Notes under the pieces: model-generated
Seen by the model: the letters and a program-made list of their open reading frames with translations, nothing else
Told to the model about the DNA's origin: nothing
Database searches by the model: none
Shown here: in pieces, positions 18,829 to 28,383 of the stretch
Layout: every line of letters begins with the position of its first letter
Position numbering within the stretch: the first letter of the stretch is position 1
Program-made: the position numbers and the translations under genes
Virus record (IMG/VR): IMGVR_UViG_3300020049_016248
Length of the DNA: 64,000 nt
Direction: 5' to 3' (one strand)
Origin: a virus
Taxonomy: Duplodnaviria; Heunggongvirae; Uroviricota; Caudoviricetes

Positions 18829-21579
18829 ATGTCAAAAATAAAAACAAAACAAATAGATGCATATATTGCTGCACCTGTCCTTGTTAGAAGTTTTGCTAGT
18901 GCGAATGGTGCAAGTAATAATGTTACTACTGCTATAGCAAGTGAATTAGCAACAGCATCTAATTCTGGAGGGGCAGTGGATGTAGTAAATGCATCTACAT
19001 ATAATACTCCTGGTATTATAGTTGGAACTACTTATAAAATAAGATTAGTTAGATCAGGTACTAGAAAAGTTATAACAACGAGTGATGGTTTTGAAATCTA
19101 CGGGAAATTAACATATAGTTCCCCAACTTATACTTTAACTTACTATTACACTAATAAAACTGGTTCAGAGGTAGCTACTAACATTACAGGACCTATCACA
19201 ATCGATTTCCTTTTCTATTACCAATTTAAGTTAAAAGATTTACCTGTTAACTCTCTAACAAATATGAGAGAATTTTTTAACAACGGTGTACCTGTAACTA
19301 TGGATGATATTACAGGAACATCTGGAGGTTATTTTATAACAACAAATGCATCTACGAAGAGAGCTGAATCTGTTTATGTATTCAATGCAGCCTCTATTCC
19401 TTTTTCTTCTGTTAATTACGTTGCAACTGATGTTGAAGCAGCTTTAGATGAAATTGCTTTAAACCCATTACCAACAGTTATTTCTCAAGATATTAAGTTA
19501 GCTAATGGATATATTTACACTTCACAAAATGGAGTTGGTAATGTTAACACTCGTTATGGTGGAGTTAATAGTCAAGCATATATTGGTTCAGCATTAGTAG
19601 CTACAGAAGGTTGGTTTCTAGCTACACCTACATATGCTGAAATTGCATATGGAGATATTGCTAATGCAAGTAGAATTAGATTTAGAGTTGACTCTACAGG
19701 AGCACTTTTAAATTCTAGTAAAGTTATATTAGGTTTTAATCAAGAGTTTTATTTAGTAAACAATGCAGGAGCAAATGTTACAACTGCAGATACAGACAAA
19801 TTAGCTATAGGAATTGGTGCAAGAAACGTTGAGTTTGATACAGCAGTTGTAAATTCAGTTGCTGTAGCTGGTGATTATAATGGTTATCTAGTTGATCAAA
19901 GTAATTCATTATATACTTTGAATAAAATATATATGGTTAACACAGCAGGGACTTTTGCAACACAATTATTATCTGCTGCAACTTCAAATATAACTTTATC
20001 TTTACCAATAGTAACAAGTGATATAGCTGGTGTTACTACTGCTGCTGCTAACTATCTACCTGTTTTTGATAACTCTGGTGATGCTATTTTTACAACATCT
20101 CTAGTTTCACAAGATTCTACAACAAAAGAATTAGGGGTGAATACAGCACCAGTTAATGATACTATTATTTCAGTAGAAGCTTTTAACGCTATTGGAACAC
20201 AATATGCAGGTTACTTTAACGCTGTTAGTGGTTTAGCTACAAATAATTATGCTTTAAGGTTAAATGCTGAAAATGCTGTAACAGCTAATTATGCTTTAGC
20301 AATTGACAACGGTGATTATTATCATCAAAATGGTTTTATAGGAATTGGAGCTACACCTACAGTTACTGAAAAAATTAATGTTGAAATAACTGCAGAAGAA
20401 AATGCTTTAAAAATTGTTAGTACATACCCAGGATTAGTAACACAAAGAGGTGTATATTCTTTATTAAGTGGGGTTAACACAACAAATATTGCAGGTTATT
20501 TTTCTGCAAGTAATGCTACAAATAATTATGCATTAATAGCTGCTGCTGGACAGTCAGTTTTCGGAGCTACATCTGCAACTACTGCTGATGCATTAGTTGA
20601 ATTTACTTCAACAACGAAAGGTGTTGTTTTCCCTAGAATGACTACAGTACAAAAAAATGCAATAGTAACACCAGTGAATGGTATGATCGTTTATGATACT
20701 ACTTTAAATTCGTTTTACGGATATATGAATAGTGCATGGAGATTAATTAATACAGTTTCTAGTGCAGGTACAAGTGGTTCATTACCAAAATTCGGATCTT
20801 CTGGTTATGATTTAGTAGATTCAATTGTAAGTGAAGCTAGTAGTATTGTTACTATTAAAGGTCAAGCTCGTGTTTTAGTAGGAACAACTACACCTTTCGA
20901 TACAACTTCAGAAAGAAGTTTCTACACTGAACATAAAACTATAACTGATTTAAGTGCTGATAAATTAGGTTTACTTTCTATTAATTATTTAGAAAATCAA
21001 ACAGTTAATAATAATGCAGATATTATCTCAGGGATAACAGGTATTGCATATTGGAATCAAACAACACCTGCTATAAGTTTAACAAAAGATTTATCTGCAA
21101 GAGGTGTTTTCGGTGGAGTTTATATGACTGGAAATGGTACTATTAACTATGCTGCAGGTTTTTCTACAACACATTCTATTGGAGTAGGTTGTACTGTTGA
21201 CAATTTAATTAGTTATAAAGCTAATATGGGTAATGCAAATGCTGGTACGATTAATGAATATAGAGCTTTTTATCTTGATGATCAATCTGCTTTAGCAGCA
21301 GCACCTAGTGCCGCTAATCGTTATGGTTTATATTTAGCTGACCCTGGTACTAATTATATTGAAGGAACTGTAGGTATTGGAACAAGTTCAGTAACAACTT
21401 CAGCTTTATTAGAATTAAGTTCAACAAGTTTAGGTTTCTTACCACCTAGAATGACTACAGTGCAAAAAAATGCAATAGGTACACCTGCTAATGGTTTAGT
21501 AGTGTTCGATACTACTTTGCAAAAATTATGTGTGTATACTTCAACAGGTCCAGGTTGGGAGACAGTTACATCAGCTTAA
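18829..21579 (+). CDS. tail-fibre protein
   Basis: Two PRMTTVQKNAI.TP.NG..V.DTTL modules; GIGTSS motif. Confidence 0.7.
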   Translation: MSKIKTKQIDAYIAAPVLVRSFASANGASNNVTTAIASELATASNSGGAVDVVNASTYNTPGIIVGTTYKIRLVRSGTRKVITTSDGFEIYGKLTYSSPTYTLTYYYTNKTGSEVATNITGPITIDFLFYYQFKLKDLPVNSLTNMREFFNNGVPVTMDDITGTSGGYFITTNASTKRAESVYVFNAASIPFSSVNYVATDVEAALDEIALNPLPTVISQDIKLANGYIYTSQNGVGNVNTRYGGVNSQAYIGSALVATEGWFLATPTYAEIAYGDIANASRIRFRVDSTGALLNSSKVILGFNQEFYLVNNAGANVTTADTDKLAIGIGARNVEFDTAVVNSVAVAGDYNGYLVDQSNSLYTLNKIYMVNTAGTFATQLLSAATSNITLSLPIVTSDIAGVTTAAANYLPVFDNSGDAIFTTSLVSQDSTTKELGVNTAPVNDTIISVEAFNAIGTQYAGYFNAVSGLATNNYALRLNAENAVTANYALAIDNGDYYHQNGFIGIGATPTVTEKINVEITAEENALKIVSTYPGLVTQRGVYSLLSGVNTTNIAGYFSASNATNNYALIAAAGQSVFGATSATTADALVEFTSTTKGVVFPRMTTVQKNAIVTPVNGMIVYDTTLNSFYGYMNSAWRLINTVSSAGTSGSLPKFGSSGYDLVDSIVSEASSIVTIKGQARVLVGTTTPFDTTSERSFYTEHKTITDLSADKLGLLSINYLENQTVNNNADIISGITGIAYWNQTTPAISLTKDLSARGVFGGVYMTGNGTINYAAGFSTTHSIGVGCTVDNLISYKANMGNANAGTINEYRAFYLDDQSALAAAPSAANRYGLYLADPGTNYIEGTVGIGTSSVTTSALLELSSTSLGFLPPRMTTVQKNAIGTPANGLVVFDTTLQKLCVYTSTGPGWETVTSA

Positions 21580-21599
21580 TTATTAAATTAATTAACTTT

Positions 21600-21629
21600 A
21601 AAACCATATATTTTAAAATATATGGTTTT
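21600..21629 (+). terminator. perfect 30-bp palindrome followed by a T-run; intrinsic terminator of the fibre cluster
   Basis: aaaaccatatatttt|aaaatatatggtttt. Confidence 0.75.
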
Positions 21630-21681
21630 TTTGTTTAAAAAAAACTAACTTTAAATTAATATATATATTAAAAAGTAAACA

Positions 21682-22047
21682 ATGGAAATTACAGTACAAA
21701 AAGCAATTATTGCAAGTAAAGCAATTGAATCAGTTTTAGAGATAAAATTACCTTCAAAAGTAGCTTATCGCTTAGGTCGTTATTTAGATAAAATGGCACC
21801 TATTGTTAAACAGTTTGAAAAAACAAGAAACGAATTGATTACTACTAAATACGGGATAGAAAACTCTGAGAACCCAGGAACGTTTAAAGTAGATGATACT
21901 AGAATGTCAGAATTTTTAGCTGAAATTAATGAATTGTTATTAGCTAAAGAAACAGTAGACATTATTTCATTAACAATTGATGATTTTGGTGACGTTGAAG
22001 TTCCAGTTTCATTCTTTTTAGATTTAGAAGGATTTATCACAGAATAA
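21682..22047 (+). CDS. small phage protein (DUF1617-like), often found after fibre genes
   Basis: LPSKVAYRLGR...QFEKTRNELITTKYG pattern recognised by eye. Confidence 0.5.
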   Translation: MEITVQKAIIASKAIESVLEIKLPSKVAYRLGRYLDKMAPIVKQFEKTRNELITTKYGIENSENPGTFKVDDTRMSEFLAEINELLLAKETVDIISLTIDDFGDVEVPVSFFLDLEGFITE

Positions 22048-22208
22048 TGTTTCAAGTTTTATTTTATTTATTTACACTATATGGACTTTGGACTTTTATA
22101 TCCAAAGTCTATTTGTTTTTCCAAAACCCTAAAGTAAAAAGGTTTTTAAGAACTTTCAGAAGAGTTAAATCAACAAGACATTTTAAAGAAATACGAATTA
22201 AAGAATAA
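22047..22208 (+). CDS. 53-aa membrane protein missing from the ORF track
   Basis: MFQVLFYLFTLYGLWTFISKVYLFF then a basic tail; TAATG overlaps at both ends. Confidence 0.7.
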   Translation: MFQVLFYLFTLYGLWTFISKVYLFFQNPKVKRFLRTFRRVKSTRHFKEIRIKE

Positions 22209-22765
22209 TGACAATAAGTAATACAGGGTATTGGTTAGATGATAATCTAGACAATCATCGTTATGATGAACCATTAGCACAAGAATTATTAACTTTTTTT
22301 AAGAATGAAAAAGCTAATTCTATTGTAGATTTTGGTTGTGGTCATGGAAACTACACTAAGTTGTTAAACCAAGAGATTAACACTGACGGATTTGATGGGA
22401 ATCCAAACACATTTGAATTAACAAACGGATTGTGTAATGTTTTAGATTTAAGTCGATCTGTTGATTTAGCTAAACAATATGATTGGGTTTTATCTTTAGA
22501 AGTTGGTGAACATATTCCTAAAGAATTTGAAACTAGTTTCCTTTATAATTTACATAGACATAATACTAAAGGAATTGTTTTAAGTTGGGCTATCCCTGGT
22601 CAAGGAGGACATGGACACTTTAATGAACAATCAAATGAATATATCACAGATTCAGTTTGCGATTTAGGTTATGTTAGAGATAAAGAAGCTGAAGTAGCAT
22701 TAAGAAATTCTTCTACTTTCTTTTGGTTTAAGAATACAATTATGGTTTTTCGAAAAGTAAATTAA
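22208..22765 (+). CDS. class I SAM-dependent methyltransferase
   Basis: IVDFGCGHG motif I; DWVLSLEVGEHIP. Confidence 0.85.
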   Translation: MTISNTGYWLDDNLDNHRYDEPLAQELLTFFKNEKANSIVDFGCGHGNYTKLLNQEINTDGFDGNPNTFELTNGLCNVLDLSRSVDLAKQYDWVLSLEVGEHIPKEFETSFLYNLHRHNTKGIVLSWAIPGQGGHGHFNEQSNEYITDSVCDLGYVRDKEAEVALRNSSTFFWFKNTIMVFRKVN

Positions 22766-23460
22766 TGGTAGACTTTGATATAGCATTTAGTACTATTCAT
22801 AGAAGTAATAATCAATATTTTTATGAAACTTTAAAAAGTTTTAAAGAAAATACCTCAAAATCTTATGACACTAGTTTTATTGTTGGTAATTTAGATAATG
22901 CTTATCTAACTGAATTGAAACTAGAACCTAACTTTAACATTACACTAATGAGTGAAAAAGAATGGGATATGATTAAAGATAAAGGGAAATGTGATAAATT
23001 CAATATGAATTTTTATCGCTGTTTAACTTCAAATGAAAATAAAAAAATAGCAGGGAGATTATACTTAGAAGATGATATAATTTTTAAAAAAGATTGGGAT
23101 TTACAACTAAATGAAACTATAGCTTCTTTGAAAGAAGTTTCCCCTGAATTTGCTTTGTCTATTTATACACCTTACAACTTATCTAATCATCCAGGGGAAA
23201 TAGTAAAATTCGATAAAGGTTTTTACGGAACACAGGGAGTTTACTTTACTAGTGGTATTCTAGAATCTTTCGCAAACAAAATTATGAATGAAGGAATTTT
23301 AACTTATCGACATATGGCAGATATCTTATTGCAAGAATTTTGCATTGAAAATAATATTCCTTTATATGTTATGAAAGAATCATTAGTTCAACATATTGGT
23401 GAAGAGTCTAGTATTCATAATAACACATTTCACAAAGCAACATCTTTCAAACAAAATTAA
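22765..23460 (+). CDS. GT-A fold glycosyltransferase (GT2/GT25-like)
   Basis: LYLEDDIIF (DxD-like), GTQG, SLVQHIG. Confidence 0.7.
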   Translation: MVDFDIAFSTIHRSNNQYFYETLKSFKENTSKSYDTSFIVGNLDNAYLTELKLEPNFNITLMSEKEWDMIKDKGKCDKFNMNFYRCLTSNENKKIAGRLYLEDDIIFKKDWDLQLNETIASLKEVSPEFALSIYTPYNLSNHPGEIVKFDKGFYGTQGVYFTSGILESFANKIMNEGILTYRHMADILLQEFCIENNIPLYVMKESLVQHIGEESSIHNNTFHKATSFKQN

Positions 23461-23464
23461 TATA

Positions 23465-24523
23465 ATGCGAAAGCGTCATTTACATATCATTTCACAACCT
23501 ATAGGTTCTATTGGGGAAATAACTAACGATCTTGTATCAGGGTTGAAAGATAAATTTCACTTAACTCAAGAAAGATTAGGTGAAATTCCTAAAGAATTTG
23601 ACATATTATTAAGTCACTTTATTCACCCATCTTTATCTAAGGATGAAAATTTTATGAAATTTAAACATAAAGTTTTAATACAACCTATTGATGGGACTGA
23701 CATGACTAAAGTGATTGTAAAAGAATTAAATAAATACGATTTAATTATTACCCCTGCAAAAGCTGGGTTAGATATTATGAAGAGAAACGGTGTGAAAACT
23801 CGTATTGTTATAGTACCTAACTACTTTAAGCAAGAACATTTAAACTTACCAGAGAATGTAAAGATTGAAGGGATACCAGATGATAGAATCATTTTATATC
23901 ATGAGTCAACTTTCCATTCAAGAAAAGGTATTGAAATTTTATATGAAAGTTATGTAAAAGCTTTTTCAGATACACCTTATGCAAATAAAGTAGTTTTAGT
24001 TTTGAAAGATATGCCTTTCAACGAGTTAACTTTTAATAGAATTGAAAATTTAAAAGAAGATACAATAAAATTACAAAGAAGATATGTTAACCCTGCAGAG
24101 ATTATAAAAATCTCTCAATATTGCAACTGGGAAACTTTACAAAAGCTATGGTCTAAAGCAAATATTTATGTTTCCTTTGCTAAAATCGAAGGATTTGGTA
24201 TACCTTTATTGAGAATGGCTGCATTACAAAAACCTATAATCTCTTTAAACAATCCAAATAGTGGATATGTAGATTATCTAACTTTAGATAATTCTTATTT
24301 AATCCCTGTAAAACAAAGGAAAGCTGAGGATGAACATATGACAATTTATAAACCTACAACACTTTGGGGAGTACCAACAATTACTGATACAATAAAAGTA
24401 CTAAGAAAAGCAGTAGAAGATTATGAAAACGGTAAAGAGAAACTAGTTTCTAAGCAAACTTTAGAAAATATGACTTTTGAAAATATTTTAAAAAAATATG
24501 CTTCTGTTTTAAATTCCTTGTAA
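23465..24523 (+). CDS. GT-B fold (GT4-like) glycosyltransferase
   Basis: RKGIEIL, NIYVSFAKIEGFGIPLL; ATG 23465 preferred over the track start 23396. Confidence 0.75.
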   Translation: MRKRHLHIISQPIGSIGEITNDLVSGLKDKFHLTQERLGEIPKEFDILLSHFIHPSLSKDENFMKFKHKVLIQPIDGTDMTKVIVKELNKYDLIITPAKAGLDIMKRNGVKTRIVIVPNYFKQEHLNLPENVKIEGIPDDRIILYHESTFHSRKGIEILYESYVKAFSDTPYANKVVLVLKDMPFNELTFNRIENLKEDTIKLQRRYVNPAEIIKISQYCNWETLQKLWSKANIYVSFAKIEGFGIPLLRMAALQKPIISLNNPNSGYVDYLTLDNSYLIPVKQRKAEDEHMTIYKPTTLWGVPTITDTIKVLRKAVEDYENGKEKLVSKQTLENMTFENILKKYASVLNSL

Positions 24524-24568
24524 TTTATTCTATTTATTAAAGAATATTCACTTTAAAATAAAAAAATA

Positions 24569-24745
24569 ATGTTATCAACATATGCACAAAAATTATTAGC
24601 ATGGTTTGGAATCTATCAAATTACTCCTACAGAGTATAGCAACAGATTAGATACTTTACCAAGAGTACAACGCAGAGGTGTTTTCGTTTCAGCTTTATCT
24701 GAATTAGTTGCTTACGAAACTTCTTATGGATACTTTACATTCTAA
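24569..24745 (+). CDS. 58-aa protein missing from the ORF track
   Basis: MLSTYAQKLLAWFGIYQ...SYGYFTF*; A-rich leader with upstream TATTTA. Confidence 0.6.
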   Translation: MLSTYAQKLLAWFGIYQITPTEYSNRLDTLPRVQRRGVFVSALSELVAYETSYGYFTF

Positions 24746-24800
24746 CATATCTATTCCCCTTCTCATAAGAACAGGGCGCTTAGAATAGATTTTTTCAAAT

Positions 24801-24830
24801 AAAAAGCTCGAGAATGTTCTCGAGCTTTTT
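24801..24830. terminator. bidirectional intrinsic terminator
   Basis: aaaagctcgaga-atgt-tctcgagctttt between convergent genes. Confidence 0.85.
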
Positions 24831-24998
24831 TTATTTCTTACCATATAAGATTTTTAAATTTTCATGAGTTAAATCTATCATCATTTTTCTTTTTTGAGTT
24901 GGCATCCTTAAGACAGATTGATAATCAAACTTTCCCCAGAATACTAAGAAGTTAATAGATCTTATTAAATACTCTCTATATTTGGTTATATTCAGGCC
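24831..24998 (-). CDS. 55-aa start-less +1-frame extension of the hub/chaperone gene (gp51-like / lambda gpT-like part)
   Basis: GLNITKYREYLIRSINFLVFWGKFDYQSVLRMPTQKRKMMIDL...; its TAA abuts the terminator. Confidence 0.7.
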   Translation of the reverse strand, partial: GLNITKYREYLIRSINFLVFWGKFDYQSVLRMPTQKRKMMIDLTHENLKILYGKK

Positions 24999-25842
24999 AA
25001 AAGAATCCGATACCCATTGGCATCTTCACTCCCTCCTGTGAGTGAGTACATTGAGGACATACAACATCTTGTTTTGTATCTACTTCTAAATCAATTTCTC
25101 TAACTTTACTTTGAATATAACGAGAGTCAACCATAGACAATGGTGAACCGTTATTAGCGACTTTTAACCATTGTTGAATTTGATCTGCACCTTTATAAAT
25201 TTTACCGTCCTTATCAGTAGCTTCTACTATAACACTTAATAACTTACCAGTAATATTAAAATCTTTCGAATGTTTTTCTTTTTCTTTCTTAATATTCAAA
25301 CGTTTGTAAAGTTCTAACTCTCTACCAACAGAAGGTGCGACAATTTTGCATTGTAACCCTGAACCTGGTAATGTAATAGTTAAACTACCATTATCAAATA
25401 ATTCTTTAACGTGAGCTTCATTGAAATCTGGTGAATTAAACCCTCCTAAATCCCAAGTTATATTATGTTTATGACCACAACTAGGACAACTTTGCTTTAC
25501 AATATACTCTCTACCAAACGCTCCAATTCTCAACCACCATAAAATTACATCTCTATCAACTGATACTAAATCTTTAGCATTGAAACCATTTTCATCTACA
25601 ATACAATTTTTTAAAATTTCAGTAAAGATTGTACCGTTGTCATAATAAGATTTAGTCGTAAGGATATCTTCATCTTCCCAATTTAATTTTCTTACTTTCA
25701 AATGAGAAATGTTTTTATGAATACCTTTGTAAAAATACCCATTAGAAGGTAATGGAATATATTCTGCTTCCATATCTGGGTTTGTATTTGTTGAATTTGA
25801 TTTAGGACCTTCGTGTCCTTCTTCTCTTATTTGTTCTGTCAT
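24976..25842 (-). CDS. T4 gp26-like baseplate hub / tail assembly chaperone
   Basis: IPLPSNGYFY, EDEDILT, DRD.IL..LRI...G.EY, CPSC and CPQC, C-terminal FFWP. Confidence 0.7.
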   Translation of the reverse strand: MTEQIREEGHEGPKSNSTNTNPDMEAEYIPLPSNGYFYKGIHKNISHLKVRKLNWEDEDILTTKSYYDNGTIFTEILKNCIVDENGFNAKDLVSVDRDVILWWLRIGAFGREYIVKQSCPSCGHKHNITWDLGGFNSPDFNEAHVKELFDNGSLTITLPGSGLQCKIVAPSVGRELELYKRLNIKKEKEKHSKDFNITGKLLSVIVEATDKDGKIYKGADQIQQWLKVANNGSPLSMVDSRYIQSKVREIDLEVDTKQDVVCPQCTHSQEGVKMPMGIGFFWPEYNQI

Positions 25843-25964
25843 TACGTTAATTTGTTAATTATTAAATTTGTGTTTTTAAATACATAAAACCCAAACAGGG
25901 TTTAATTTTTTATATTTTTAAACCCTTTTCAAGGTTTTATATTTATTATCACAATTACTTCTCA

Positions 25965-28382
25965 ATGGCTCTAAAATTTGGCTCGCTTTTCGATGGTTTA
26001 GGTGCAGGTTTTGAATCTGCACTAGATGGTGTTGCAAAAAAGTTTGCTTCTAAAGTAGATGCTTCTGGGTTCGAAGAAGCTAGTGGTGCTATAGATGATA
26101 CAGCTAAAGCAGCTGCTGCTGCAGCTACACAAATAGTTAATTTGGAAGATCAATTAACACGAACAACAGCAGGTACAGCAGAATATATTAGAATTGAAAA
26201 AGAATTAAATTCTGTTAAAGAACAAGCTAAAACTCTTTCTGAGCAACAAAAAGATCATGAACAAAACTTAAACAAAGAAAAACAAAAAACTATTGATAGT
26301 TTAGGTAAAGAAATCAATACGAGAAGTAGACATCAAAATACTTTATCTAATATACAAGCTCAATTTGAAAAAGATCAAACTGAATTATTTAATAGTTTTA
26401 GAGCAGGTTCTGATGATGTTAATCAATTGAAAAAAGATTTAGCAAAATTAGAACTTAAAACTTTAGGTAAAAACTTAGGAGCTCAGTTATCTTCTGGTGA
26501 TGTTCAAGGAACTATGAATGCTGCAGGTAATTTTGCAGCTAATACGTTTCAAAATGCATTAACTAAAGTTTTACCACCAGGTATGTCTCAAGTAGCAGGG
26601 TTTATTACAGATAGACTTGTAGATGCTTTCGGTCAGGTTATGGAATTAAATAAAGAGTTAGTTAATTTAGAAAGATCTACAGGTGGTGTTGTAAGTGCTG
26701 CAAAGTTAGGTTACGATGCTATGGGAAACTCTGCAGAAGGGTTTAAGTCTTTAAAAACTGCAGCAGTTGAAGCTAATATTTCAGTTGAAGAATTTAGTGG
26801 AGCTATGAAATCTTTAGTTAATGCTGGGTTTCAAGAAGGAATTCTTGGAGCAATAAAACCAGCAACTGAAGAGTTACAAGCTTTCGGTGTACAAGCAGCA
26901 AGGATGCAAAAAATGTATAATGCTGACTTAGGACCAGCGGTAGCTAAGTTTATGAATGATTTTGGTATGAAAATGGGTGATGCTGCAAATTTTGTAGGAA
27001 ATGCTGCAGATAAAGCTCAATCTTTAGGTTTAAATGTTCAAGGTTTCATGGAAAACTTAACAGCAGTTGCAAACTTAGCAGGAGAAGTTTATTTTAAATC
27101 TAGAGAAGAAATGCAAAAGATGGCAACAATTGCATCTCAACTAGGTGTAAGTGTTAACACTCTTGCTAGTGGTTTAGTTAAAATGACTAATATGAATGAT
27201 TTATTTAGTCAACAACAAAAAGCAGCTTCTTTAGGTTTAAGTTCATTATCTAAAAATTTAGGTCAAGTATATGCTTTACAAAAAACAGGTAGAGGTGGAG
27301 AAGCTGCAAAATTACAAGTTACTTCAATAGCTCAAGATTTAGCTAAACAAGGTTTAATCAATAAAGAAGGACAAGTTTCCCAACAAGGTATAGAAACATT
27401 ATCTGCAGCAGGTTTAGATAAAGAAGCAATTGCAGGTATTCAAAAAATGGCTCGTGAAGCTCAACAGTCTGGTATAGCGTTAAGTAAATTAGGAGACACT
27501 TCTAAATTAACTAAAGAAGAACAAGAAAGATTAGCTGCAGTTCAAAAAGCTAATATGACTATAGGTGAAAGAATGAACGTTGCTTGGCAAGGGTTTTTAC
27601 AAAAAATTATTGATCCAATTGCTAACATTTTGGGTCCAGTTATAGATGGTTTAGCTACAAGTATAGCTTGGGTAATAGAAGCTCTAACACCTATTGCTCC
27701 AATTATATTAGGTGCATTAATACCTGTTATCTGGACTGTTGCAACTACATTATTAGCTGGGTTTGTTCCACCATTAATAGCAGCAGCTATTGGTTTATGG
27801 GCAATGGTTTCACCTTTATTACCTTTAATTGCTGCTTTTGCAGCAGTAGCAGCAGTTGTTTGGTTAGTTGTTGAATATTGGGAAGAAATTGTTGATTGGA
27901 TTTCTGATGCTATACAACCTTTAATAGATGGTTTTGTATGGTTATGGGAAGTTTTAGATGAATATGTTATCTCACCTATAACTGAATTTTTATCACCAGC
28001 ATTTGAATTTTTAGGTGAAGTAATTGACGGTTTAGTAGCTCCTTTCAAATGGTTATGGGAACAGTTAGAAAGTTTCGGTGACTGGTTAGCTAAATGGTTT
28101 GGTAGTGACGAGGAAGAAACTTCTAAACAAGCTCAAGGTGTTATGACAGATTGGGGTCAATTATTAGGAGATGTTCTTGAAACAACTACCCCTAGTATTC
28201 CTAATGCAGGAAATATAGTAAGTTTTACTCCTAGTTCAACATCTTCAGATAATGCAATTTCTGAAAGATTGATGAATCAAGCATTTACACCTCCAGGTGA
28301 AAGTAAAAAGACAACAAACGTTGTTGTGAACAATACAGTAAGTGGTATTGTAAGTTCAGAACAATCAATAAAAGCATTATAA
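25965..28382 (+). CDS. tape measure protein
   Basis: 805 aa, A/Q/G-rich helical, hydrophobic segments then W/F-periodic repeats; adjacent to the chaperone gene. Confidence 0.75.
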   Translation: MALKFGSLFDGLGAGFESALDGVAKKFASKVDASGFEEASGAIDDTAKAAAAAATQIVNLEDQLTRTTAGTAEYIRIEKELNSVKEQAKTLSEQQKDHEQNLNKEKQKTIDSLGKEINTRSRHQNTLSNIQAQFEKDQTELFNSFRAGSDDVNQLKKDLAKLELKTLGKNLGAQLSSGDVQGTMNAAGNFAANTFQNALTKVLPPGMSQVAGFITDRLVDAFGQVMELNKELVNLERSTGGVVSAAKLGYDAMGNSAEGFKSLKTAAVEANISVEEFSGAMKSLVNAGFQEGILGAIKPATEELQAFGVQAARMQKMYNADLGPAVAKFMNDFGMKMGDAANFVGNAADKAQSLGLNVQGFMENLTAVANLAGEVYFKSREEMQKMATIASQLGVSVNTLASGLVKMTNMNDLFSQQQKAASLGLSSLSKNLGQVYALQKTGRGGEAAKLQVTSIAQDLAKQGLINKEGQVSQQGIETLSAAGLDKEAIAGIQKMAREAQQSGIALSKLGDTSKLTKEEQERLAAVQKANMTIGERMNVAWQGFLQKIIDPIANILGPVIDGLATSIAWVIEALTPIAPIILGALIPVIWTVATTLLAGFVPPLIAAAIGLWAMVSPLLPLIAAFAAVAAVVWLVVEYWEEIVDWISDAIQPLIDGFVWLWEVLDEYVISPITEFLSPAFEFLGEVIDGLVAPFKWLWEQLESFGDWLAKWFGSDEEETSKQAQGVMTDWGQLLGDVLETTTPSIPNAGNIVSFTPSSTSSDNAISERLMNQAFTPPGESKKTTNVVVNNTVSGIVSSEQSIKAL

Positions 28383-28383
28383 A

